A stretch of DNA of 64,000 nucleotides from an uncultured Planctomycetaceae bacterium. Lineage in GTDB: Bacteria; Planctomycetota; Planctomycetia; Isosphaerales; Isosphaeraceae. The first letter of the stretch is position 1. The number at the start of each line of letters is the position of its first letter. Where the stretch lies: NCBI GenBank assembly GCA_963833985.1, contig CAWIAD010000002.1, forward strand, positions 2,784,001 through 2,848,000, given 5' to 3'. The notes under the pieces were generated by a model that saw nothing but the letters and a program-made list of their open reading frames with translations, ran no database searches and was not told the DNA's origin. The position numbers were made by a program, and so were the translations under genes. This document shows positions 9,894 through 17,984 of this stretch, piece by piece.

Positions 9894-9921
9894 TTGACTG
9901 TCTGAATTTCGGACATACAAT
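9894..9921 (+). promoter_or_regulatory. Putative sigma70 promoter for the CBASS operon with overlapping palindromic operator
   Basis: TTGACT (9894-9899), 16-bp spacer, TACAAT (9916-9921). Imperfect palindrome TGTCTGAA-T-TTCGGACA (9899-9915) fills the spacer. Confidence 0.6.
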
Positions 9922-9985
9922 ATAGGCAGGAGGGCTGAGGGTCCAGCTCCGTAGAACATGGCCGAGTGAAGGGGGGTTCAAGGAA

Positions 9986-11140
9986 ATGGCGACGATGCCA
10001 AAGATGGTGACGGCCTCGATGAACGTGGCTCTTGATAGCTTGCTCGAGGAGTTGTGCGAGACGGTCCAACTGACTGAAACGCAGTTTAAGGAGGCTAGGG
10101 GCCACTATCATGCGGTCGGCGACTGGTTGGCCGACCCGAAGAACCCCTTTGCCATCTATAAACCAAGGATTCGCTCGCAGGGCTCAGCGAGGCTAAAGAC
10201 CACCGTAAAGCCGGTCAGGCAGAACGAACACGATATCGACCTCATCCTGTTTCTCGACCTACCTTACAGCAGCTTCTCTCAACCAAAGGCCGTCTTTGAC
10301 CTTGTCGAAGCGAGACTTTGCGAGAACGAGTTCTTCCGGAAGAACATGGAGCACTACAAGCGGTGCATCCGAATCACGTATGCATCTGAGTTCCATCTCG
10401 ACATCACCCCCGCCCGTCAGGACTGGACCCGTGGGGGAAACAACATGCTCGTCCCGGACCGGAAAATCCGGGAATGGAAAGAGTCGAATCCTATCGACTA
10501 CGCCGACTTCTGGTTCGACTCCCGCGCATTGATGAGCCGGACCACAAAGGCGGCACGTTACATCGAGTCGCTTCCGGAGCGGGAGTCGGCTCGGCAGAAG
10601 GCCCCGCTGCGCCGCGCTGTGCAGCTCATGAAGCGGCATCGGGACATTCGTTTCAAGGACGACCCGGATGCTCCACGGTCGATCGTCTTGACCACACTCG
10701 CCGGGCTCCATTACGGAGGCGAAGAGCTTGTCTCGGACGCTCTTCTTACCGTCCTAGACGGCATCGTCGACCAGATCGCATCGGAACCCAATGGCGTCAT
10801 TGAGGTGCCGAATCCGGTGAACCCGGCTGAGATGTTTTGTGAGGCCTGGGCGAAGAACCCTGAGGCGTACCAGAAGTTCGTCAACTACGTTCAAGACTTC
10901 CGAGCCAAGCTCGTTCAACTTCTCTCGACGAGAGGCCTTGAGAACATTGCCAAGGGGCTCAACGTGCTCTTTGGCGAACCGCTCACGAAGCAGGCCGTTG
11001 CGTCCTACACGCGCAAGTTCCAGCACGACCGCGATAGCGGCCGAGTCGAGTTCTCAAAGACGAACGTGGGCCTTTCAACGGCGGCCTCGGCCGTAGCCGC
11101 CACCCGCACTGTCCCGGGGAACACTTTCCATGGGGACTAG
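9986..11140 (+). CDS. CBASS cGAS/DncV-like nucleotidyltransferase (CD-NTase, SMODS)
   Basis: SQGSARLKTTVKP...HDIDL and HLDITPA catalytic motifs, SNPIDYADFW, VQLMKRHRD, VPNPVNPAE. C-terminus ...NTFHGD. Operonic with E2 and patatin. Confidence 0.92.
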   Translation: MATMPKMVTASMNVALDSLLEELCETVQLTETQFKEARGHYHAVGDWLADPKNPFAIYKPRIRSQGSARLKTTVKPVRQNEHDIDLILFLDLPYSSFSQPKAVFDLVEARLCENEFFRKNMEHYKRCIRITYASEFHLDITPARQDWTRGGNNMLVPDRKIREWKESNPIDYADFWFDSRALMSRTTKAARYIESLPERESARQKAPLRRAVQLMKRHRDIRFKDDPDAPRSIVLTTLAGLHYGGEELVSDALLTVLDGIVDQIASEPNGVIEVPNPVNPAEMFCEAWAKNPEAYQKFVNYVQDFRAKLVQLLSTRGLENIAKGLNVLFGEPLTKQAVASYTRKFQHDRDSGRVEFSKTNVGLSTAASAVAATRTVPGNTFHGD

Positions 11141-11609
11141 CCAGGTCTTGAGGATTCACACCCTCGGGATCCACGAGCAGGCCGCGTGGATGCGGCGAGA
11201 ACATCCGGGGTTCAAAACCCGGGTTGACGGCGGTCTGCTTGTGACTCGTGGCCTCGTGCAGCCGACCGAGCTTAACGACACCTACCAGGTCCGTGTTGAA
11301 TACCGAGCGTGGGACCCTCCGAGGGCCTGGGTTGAGGAGCCGAAGCTCAAGAGGCTAGAGACCGATGAGCGGATCCCGCACACCTACCTCGATGACGATG
11401 GTACTGAGCGGCCGTGCCTGTATTTGCCCCAGACCGGCGAGTGGTCCACTGAAAAGAAGCTCGCCCTGACAATCATCCCCTGGTTATCGGTCTGGCTCCT
11501 CTTCTACGAGACGTGGCGGGTGACGGGCGAATGGCTAGGTGGTGGGGTCCATCCGGCGCCGCAGGAGCCCATCGTCAGACGTCCCATAACATGGAGTCCC
11601 AATCGGTGA
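11130..11609 (+). CDS. CBASS-associated stand-alone prokaryotic E2-like (ubiquitin-conjugating fold) protein
   Basis: IPHTY...RPCLYLP...W...IIPWLSVWLLFYETWRVTGEWLGGGVHP pattern. Start overlaps the CD-NTase end. Confidence 0.8.
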   Translation: MGTSQVLRIHTLGIHEQAAWMRREHPGFKTRVDGGLLVTRGLVQPTELNDTYQVRVEYRAWDPPRAWVEEPKLKRLETDERIPHTYLDDDGTERPCLYLPQTGEWSTEKKLALTIIPWLSVWLLFYETWRVTGEWLGGGVHPAPQEPIVRRPITWSPNR

Positions 11610-12592
11610 GCCGATTCCGGATCTTGAGCCTTGATGGCGGGGGTATTAAAGGCACCTTCACGGCGTCTTTCCTCGCTGAACTGGAGAGCATGACCAAGAC
11701 ACCAATTCATAAATATTTTGACCTAATAACCGGTACCTCAACCGGCGGGATCATCGCCATTGCCCTCGGCTTGGGAATCCCGGCGTCCGAAATTCTCGAT
11801 TTCTACGTTAAGAAGGGCCCGGAGATTTTCCCCGCCATCGGCATCAAGAAGAAATCTCAGCACTTCCTCCGCTGGATGTTTCGGACCAAGTACGGCCAGA
11901 AATCCCTCTTAAACGCCATCGGCTCGGTGACCGGTAATCGCAAGCTCGGGGACTCGAAAGTGCGGCTTGTCATCCCCTCGTTTAACGCGGTAAACGGCAA
12001 CGTCCAGCTCTTCAAGACTTCGCACCACCCGAGGCTTCGTCGCGATTACCTTCGCCCGGCTGTCGAAGTTGCTCTCGCGACGTCTGCGGCCCCAACCTAC
12101 TTTCCGGCGTTCATCGGTGAGGATGGTCTGGCCTGCATCGACGGTGGTATCTGGTCCAACTGCCCTGCCGCAGTCGGCGTCATCGAAGCCATTTCAGTCC
12201 TTGGCCAGGATCTGAAAGACGTCCATGTTCTCAGTATCGGAACGACGGACGTGCCCTACCACGTCTCAGAGGCACGACGTCAAAAGGGAGGCGTGCTTCG
12301 CTGGGGCCTTTTTAGCAAAGACTTCATCGGACTCCTGATGCAGGCGCAGATGCGGGCCTCGATTGCACAGGCCAAGGTCATGTTGAACTATGACGAGGAG
12401 CCCCACAGGTTCCACCGCATCGACGAGGTGACCAACCCGTCACGCTTCAGCTTGGATAGCGTCTCCGGGATTCCCGACTTGAGGGCCCTGGGTGCCGAGA
12501 CCGCCCGACACCAGGCAAGCGTTGTCCAGCGCCTCTTTCTGGACAAGGAAGCCGACCCCTTTGTCCCTTGCCATTCCCTCCCCTGTCTCTAG
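11606..12592 (+). CDS. Patatin-like phospholipase, CBASS effector (CapV/CapE-like)
   Basis: LDGGGIKG, GTSTG nucleophile elbow, TSAAPTYF, IDGG. GTG start overlaps the E2 stop (GTGA). Alternative ATG at 11591. Confidence 0.9.
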   Translation: MSRFRILSLDGGGIKGTFTASFLAELESMTKTPIHKYFDLITGTSTGGIIAIALGLGIPASEILDFYVKKGPEIFPAIGIKKKSQHFLRWMFRTKYGQKSLLNAIGSVTGNRKLGDSKVRLVIPSFNAVNGNVQLFKTSHHPRLRRDYLRPAVEVALATSAAPTYFPAFIGEDGLACIDGGIWSNCPAAVGVIEAISVLGQDLKDVHVLSIGTTDVPYHVSEARRQKGGVLRWGLFSKDFIGLLMQAQMRASIAQAKVMLNYDEEPHRFHRIDEVTNPSRFSLDSVSGIPDLRALGAETARHQASVVQRLFLDKEADPFVPCHSLPCL

Positions 12593-12750
12593 GAAGGTCC
12601 CAGCGATCAAGGCAGCGTCATGGAAGCGGAAGCGAAGCTTCGGTGACATCCTTCGGCAGCTTCGCCTAGCCATCGGCGTGAACGATGCAGTCTCTTAGCG
12701 TACAACTTTTCCCGTTTCCAGGTCACTGTTCGTCCTAGCCGGGGACTATC

Positions 12751-13137
12751 ATGCCCAGCCGAAAGCCGCTAATTCCGCCAAGCTGGCAGCGTTACGACGT
12801 GAGTCACCTTGTGCAGGAACACATCAACTCGTGGCAGGCCTTTTGCCGCCAAAGGGATGTGCTTCAACAAGGCCCCCTCGGGCACTCCCCAGGCGAGATG
12901 CATCGGAAGAACCGAGAGCGTCCTCGCTTGGAAACCACAACTAAATTGCTCGACATCGCCCTGCGAGTGACCGGACCCGTGCGATTCAACGGCCGGCTCT
13001 ACAAGTCCTCGGAATCTACGTACATGGGCACCGAGCCAGCCGATGGCTCGGTGCAAGCTGCCGAAGGCTTGTTCGTCGAGATCCATTCACCAATTAACGG
13101 CCTAGGCCGACTCGCACCGGCAAAGCAACGCAGGTAA
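12751..13137 (+). CDS. Hypothetical protein
   Basis: 128-aa ORF with purine-rich RBS-like GGGGA upstream. No recognisable motif. Confidence 0.45.
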   Translation: MPSRKPLIPPSWQRYDVSHLVQEHINSWQAFCRQRDVLQQGPLGHSPGEMHRKNRERPRLETTTKLLDIALRVTGPVRFNGRLYKSSESTYMGTEPADGSVQAAEGLFVEIHSPINGLGRLAPAKQRR

Positions 13138-13183
13138 CCTGCCACGCCACCGACAGCGAGGCCTTAGGAGCCCTTATCCCCCA

Positions 13184-14035
13184 ATGCTTTCCGTACGTGT
13201 AATCACGTTCCCTGGACTAAGAGGTGCAGACTTTGCTTACAACTACGTTGGCACCGACGATGGAGTCGCGATTCATTTCTCAGTCGATATGGCCCAGGTC
13301 TTTGGCGAGCGTCAAGCGTTTAAGCTAGTTGAGGAACGGATCCAAAAGACTGAGCTTGACTGGGTTAGGCCCGGAGCCGACCGCTGGGTCATATACCTCG
13401 ATAGACTTAAACGACCAGGTACCCCCTTAGCTGAGCTAGATTGGCTTCAAGGCAAGGCGGAAGTTAGACCTGAGCTAGACGTAATAGTGAGCCCCCCAAA
13501 TCTCTCGGGCTTGATGGCATCTTGCCCGCCTCAAGGTCGAGTAATCCTTTTCATTCGACCGGAGAACGTCATGAGCAGCGTGGCCGGTATCCCACTCTTT
13601 TACAGCTATTCACATGCAAATGAGCGGTACAGGAAACAATTGGAAACCCACCTTAGCACCCTAAAGCGGGAAGGCCTTATATCAGAATGGCATGACCGCG
13701 CTATTACACCGGGCAGTGAATGGAACAAGGAGATCCGGAGGCAACTTGAAACCGCCCGCACCATCCTTCTCTTGGTCAGTGCCGACTTTATCCATTCCGA
13801 GTTCTGCTCGAGCGTTGAGCTAAAACGAGCCATGGAGCGCCATGAGTCCGGCGATGCCCGCGTCATTCCCATTATCGTAAAGCCCTGCGATTGGCACTCA
13901 GCCCCCTTTGGGAAGCTCCAGGCGCTGCCGAAGGATGGAAAGGCGATTACGACCTGGAAGAACAAGGACGGAGCTTACCTTGATATCGTAAACGGCATAC
14001 GCCGTGTCATTGAGGAGTTGAACGAGCACCCTTAG
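13184..14035 (+). CDS. TIR-domain protein (TIR at 13571-14035; N-terminal extension of unknown family)
   Basis: LFYSYSH...WHDRAITPGSEW...LLLVSADFIHSEFCSSVELKRA...VIPIIVKPCDW. GGAG at 13561 before ATG 13571 suggests a stand-alone TIR start is also possible. Confidence 0.85.
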   Translation: MLSVRVITFPGLRGADFAYNYVGTDDGVAIHFSVDMAQVFGERQAFKLVEERIQKTELDWVRPGADRWVIYLDRLKRPGTPLAELDWLQGKAEVRPELDVIVSPPNLSGLMASCPPQGRVILFIRPENVMSSVAGIPLFYSYSHANERYRKQLETHLSTLKREGLISEWHDRAITPGSEWNKEIRRQLETARTILLLVSADFIHSEFCSSVELKRAMERHESGDARVIPIIVKPCDWHSAPFGKLQALPKDGKAITTWKNKDGAYLDIVNGIRRVIEELNEHP

Positions 14036-14064
14036 ACGCCCCACCGCCGGATTCACGGCTCGAG

Positions 14065-14557
14065 GTGGCAGGGGCAGAACGAGACAAGAGCCAGAAGGCC
14101 AGCACCACGGCTGGGGCGTTGGAGGCGCGTCTGACGACCAATGTCTCTGACCAGATGCTTAAGACGGTGGGTTGTCCCAGCCTTTTACTTACTCTTGTCT
14201 GTCGCGGTACGAAACCCGCTCGCATTCGCGGAGCTGAGCTTAGACTCAAAGGCCCCCAGTTTGTGGCCTTTCTTAAGTCACTTGAGCATGCGTTCGGCAG
14301 CGACTTTGATTACAAGCCTGTCGGGAAGGAACCTCACTCGACCGGCGACTGTGCAGCGGTGTCCTTTCTACCAGCCTCCCGGCCAATTTCACCGAACGGG
14401 TTTATCGTCGAGCCGGATGACGTGTGCCATTTCATCCTACCCGCATTAGGGATCCCAGTTACTTTCGCCGAGAGCCCACCTGACGACCTGTCTGTCGCTG
14501 CTATTTTCTTCGACGAGAGCGAGGAGACAGTCCTTGAAGGCGAGAAGGTCTCTCTCC
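14065..14557 (+). pseudogene. Hypothetical protein, probably truncated at the RAYT-element junction
   Basis: Protein-like ORF runs without a stop into the AAGACGAAA x3 junction repeat (reads DEKDEKDEK). Confidence 0.4.
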
Positions 14558-14584
14558 AAGACGAAAAAGACGAAAAAGACGAAA
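14558..14584. repeat. 9-bp tandem repeat AAGACGAAA x3 abutting the left inverted repeat
   Basis: Exact copies at 14558, 14567 and 14576. Confidence 0.9.
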
Positions 14585-14660
14585 AAAGGACATGCATTGC
14601 AGTCTTCCGCTGGCCGGGCCGATCTGGTAGATTGCGTGGATCTTGCCAGGAGGGACGGCC

Positions 14661-15696
14661 ATGACGATCGCGCGCTGCGCATCTGGTTGATCCCAGTGTC
14701 ACCCGCTGGTATCACTGCATCACGCGGTGCGTGCGGCGGGCGTTTCTGCTGGGGGAGGGCGGGCTCGACCGCAAGGAATGGATCGAACGGCGAGTCCAGG
14801 AACTTGCGGAGATCTTCTCCGTGGCCGTGGGCGGGTTCGCCATCCTCGATAACCACCTGCACCTGCTGGTGCGGCTCGACCCGGATGTGGCGGCGGGGTG
14901 GTCGGATGAAGAGGTCGTGCGGCGCTGGGGGAGGCTGTTTCCGCCCCGCGACAGGGCGCGGCGGGCACTGCCGGTCTCGGACGGGTGGGTCCAGGAACGG
15001 CTGAAAGACGTGAAGTGGGTGGCGATGGCACGCCAGCGGCTGCAAGGCCTGAGCTGGTTCATGAAGTGCCTGAAGGAGCCGCTGTCGCGACTGGCCAACC
15101 GCGAGGAGAACACCCGCGGGGCGTTCTTCGAGGGGCGGTTCCAGAGCGTGGCGATCCTGGATGAGGAATCTCTGCTGGCGACGTGTGCTTATATCGATCT
15201 GAACCCGGTGGCGGCGGGGATCGCCCAGGTTCCGGAAGCCAGCCCGCACACGTCGATCAAGCAGCGAGTGGAGCACGTGCAGGAACAGGAGCGCGCGGAG
15301 GATCTGCAAGCCGCGAAGCAAGGCAGCGTGGCGGGGTCGAAAGCGGCGAGTGGGATGGAGGAGCAGCTCTGGCTCTGTCCGATCGAGGACCGCCGGGGGC
15401 TCGACTCGATGCGGGAAGGGATGCTCGAGGGGTTCTCGCTGGGGAACTACCTGCTGCTTGTGGACTACACCGGGCGGCTGTTTCGCGAAGGGAAGGCGAT
15501 GATCTCGGCGGAGCTGGCCGGGATATTGGAGCGGCTGGGGAGCAACTCGGAGAACTGGCAGGCGCGGCTGCTGAAGCTGGCCGGTGGCCGGCTGCTGGGC
15601 CGGTTCTTTGCGGCGAGCCGGGAACGGCTGCGGGATGTGGCCGGGCGGCTGGGCCGGCATCACCTGGCGAACCTGGGCGGGTGCCCGGCGCGGTGA
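14661..15696 (+). CDS. REP-associated tyrosine transposase (RAYT / Y1_Tnp), one-base frameshift near 14675
   Basis: MTIAR/AHLVDPSVTRWYHCITRCVRRAFL, HUH motif DNHLHLL, FFEGRF, and AYIDLNPVAAG (catalytic Tyr, NP). Confidence 0.88.
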
Positions 15697-15767
15697 AGCC
15701 GCGGCGAGATGCGCGGCGTGTTGGTCTCAGGTGCTGGTCGGCCTCACGGCCGAGGTTGGGGGCTGCA

Positions 15768-15917
15768 CCCGTCCGAACCACGCGCTCACGCACGTGGTCA
15801 CGCGTATCAGCCTGGCGGGATCGCCCAGCCGAGCCACATGATCACGTACATAGGTGCCGACCTGAGCGGAAGTGGAGGCCGCGCCCGTCCGACCCACGCG
15901 CTCACGCACGTGGTCAC
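15768..15917. repeat. Two 34-bp direct repeats with internal imperfect hairpin
   Basis: CCCGTCCGA(A/C)CCACGCGCTCACGCACGTGGTCAC at 15768-15801 and 15884-15917, one mismatch. CCACG...CGTGG stem. Confidence 0.85.
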
Positions 15918-16004
15918 TCACCCCGCGCCAGGCAGATGACGAGATCGCGTGGCGAGCCTTTCGCCGACTGTCATTACAGGTTCGTGGATGACCGCGAGAA
16001 CCAT

Positions 16005-16193
16005 CCGGCCACGGTTCCACGAATGGTGGGCCTCGCGGGGACGCTCGACCCACCCTACCGGGCGGCCAATCCCCGGGCCAGTTCGACGCGCTTCCGGCCA
16101 CGGTTCCAGGAAAGGTGGGCCTCGCGGGGACGCTCGACCCACCCTACCGGGCGGCCAATCCCCGTGCCAGTCCGACGCGCTTCCGGCCACGGC
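16005..16193 (-). repeat. 89-bp tandem repeat, each unit containing a GTAG-type REP
   Basis: Minus strand GTAG-GGTGGGTCGAGCGTCCCCGCGAGGCCCACC at 16025-16058 and 16114-16147 (identical): GTAG tetranucleotide followed by an imperfect palindrome. Confidence 0.85.
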
Positions 16194-16261
16194 AACGAGC
16201 ATGGGATTCGGTTGCTGAGCCGATCAAGGGACGCCCTGGGAGGGAGAGAGTCCAATGCCTG

Positions 16262-16319
16262 TCCTTTCTTCTCTCTTCTCCTTTCTTCTCTCTGTCCTTT
16301 CTTCTTCCTTTCTTCTCTC
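16262..16319. repeat. Pyrimidine-rich iterated repeat TCCTTTCTTC(TCTC) x4 at the right inverted repeat
   Basis: Copies start at 16262, 16279, 16295 and 16306. The unit overlaps the TCCT end of the inverted repeat. Confidence 0.85.
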
Positions 16320-16342
16320 GGCATGGCGGCCGCCAGGCAGCC

Positions 16343-16821
16343 TCATGTCTTCCTGGGCGTCTTTCGCTTCGACTCCGAGACCGAAGCCTCGCACCGCGCG
16401 ATATACTTCCGCGCGGGTACGCGCCGGATCGTGTCGCCGATCACCTCGAGTGCCAGGTCGTCCAACTTCTTGAAGCGGATGCACGACTTGCCCATGTCGA
16501 GTTTCTTGCCGGTCTGCGCCAGGCCTCCCGAAACGAGTTCGCCTGCTCGCTGTCGGCGTAGACGCACATCAGGTAAAGCGACATGTAATTCTTCTGCGAG
16601 GCAAGCGCCGCGAACGGCAAGGGTTGCTTCGGGTCGCAGTGGTAGCCCGCCGGGTGCACGCGGTGCGGCACATAATACCCGATCATGCCGTACTGGATGC
16701 CTTCTTCGTAGTCCTTGTCCAGGTTCCTGAGAATGACCTGGCGCACTCCCTGGAGCGCGCTGCGGCGATCCTCCGGCAGTGCGGCGAGATACTCTTCAAC
16801 GGTCGCGGGCTTCTCGGGCAT
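16343..16821 (-). CDS. DUF1801-family protein, frameshift near 16530
   Basis: MPEKPATVEEYLAALPEDRR...YEEGIQYGMIGYYVP...LASQKNYMSLY, continuing in another frame as GKKLDMGKSCIRFKKLDDL. Confidence 0.8.
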
Positions 16822-17478
16822 GGGGCACCTCAGGCGGTGGGGAAGGGTTGGGGACAAGGATGGGGAAGGCTGCGGTCGACATCGTCCTGAGCCGGTGAGC
16901 GGGGGGACCGACATGGTCCTTGAGTAACGCCTGGATCGCCTCCTGATCTCCTGGGTAAGTCGGAAGGCGGCGATGTGGTTGGGCACCTTGACGCGCAGTA
17001 CGAACGGTTCGTCGACCCACTCCCACCCGCGGATCCTGTCCCAGGAATAGAAATTGGTACTCCACAAGAGCCCGTGCTCGCGGAATTCGAGATAGGTAGG
17101 GCGTAGGCAAGGGTACATGCAGACGAGTGCCCCGCAGGTTCCCAGGATCCAGACATCAACCAGATTCATCACGACATCCGTCGTGGTACATGCCCTGCCG
17201 GGGGCAGGGGAGTTAATTGCCACCCGGTGGCTCATGGGGACGATCAGCAGCAAGCCGCAAGCCAGGGCGAGGACTCTCTCCCAGCGTTGCGCACGCGGGC
17301 GAACGGCCGTGTATTGCCGGCTGCCCGCCTGCCTGAGGTGTTGCCAGCGCACCACCCAGCAGTGGCATACGGGAAAGATCATGGGCAGGAACGCCACGCC
17401 CGCGCCGAGCACCAGTGCGACGGCCGCCACCGCGACCATCATTCCCCGGATCGAGAAACGCAGCCAGTGCAACCGCAT
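16796..17478 (-). CDS. Membrane-anchored hypothetical protein (probable frameshift near 16955)
   Basis: MRLHWLRFSIRGMMVAVAAVAL N-terminus of the kind common in planctomycetes, hydrophobic segments, and a PH-like EFREHGLL...YSWDRIRGWEW tail. Confidence 0.5.
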
Positions 17479-17501
17479 GACGCTTCCTCCGCTTGGTTCG
17501 C

Positions 17502-17939
17502 TCAATGGGCGCGCTTCAGCCTGCGCCAGGTCTCGTCGACGTCGATGGCCGTCCCGGGGGCGGACCTGATGGATAGCTCATCCCCCTTGTACTTGAGGAT
17601 GTAGGCGTATTCGTTGCCCTTGAGGTGGTCGAAGCCCGGGCTCACGAACTCGCATTTCTCTCGGTAGATGTCGCCGCTGAGCGTCCACGTTCCGCCCGCG
17701 GTGGCCAGCACGGTCATCTTCTTGGTGTCGTAGGTGACCCACGTGAAATGGGTGGAAGTGACGTGCTTGATGCTCTTCACGTCCTTGAATTGCGCGGGGA
17801 GCCGCAGTGAGAGGTTCATCCAGGTGCCGAGTATCCCGTTCTTGATGCGCTCCTCGTCCGGCTCCGCTCCATTCCCGCCAGCCGCCCGCAGAGCCACCAG
17901 CCCGATCGCGATGCCGATGAGCAGCCTCTTCATGGTCAT
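17502..17939 (-). CDS. Secreted hypothetical protein (lipocalin-like beta barrel possible)
   Basis: Signal peptide, ILGTW, AGGTWTLSGD and ETWRRLK patterns. Confidence 0.65.
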   Translation of the reverse strand: MTMKRLLIGIAIGLVALRAAGGNGAEPDEERIKNGILGTWMNLSLRLPAQFKDVKSIKHVTSTHFTWVTYDTKKMTVLATAGGTWTLSGDIYREKCEFVSPGFDHLKGNEYAYILKYKGDELSIRSAPGTAIDVDETWRRLKRAH

Positions 17940-17984
17940 GCCCCTTCCTGTCCGATGTCACCCGCAGCCGCGTGCGGCGCAACG

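Larger units (their letters stand above)
14587..16265 (+). mobile_element. RAYT-like HUH transposase element bounded by 18-bp imperfect inverted repeats
   Basis: Left AGGACATGCATTGCAGTC (14587-14604) versus reverse complement of right AGGACAGGCATTGGACTC (16248-16265), 15/18 identical. Encloses a Y1 transposase gene and REP-like repeats. Confidence 0.7.

Noticed and set aside
15768..16193. Possible CRISPR array
   Set aside because: Only two copies of each repeat, the sequence between the REP copies is itself repeated, and there are no cas genes.
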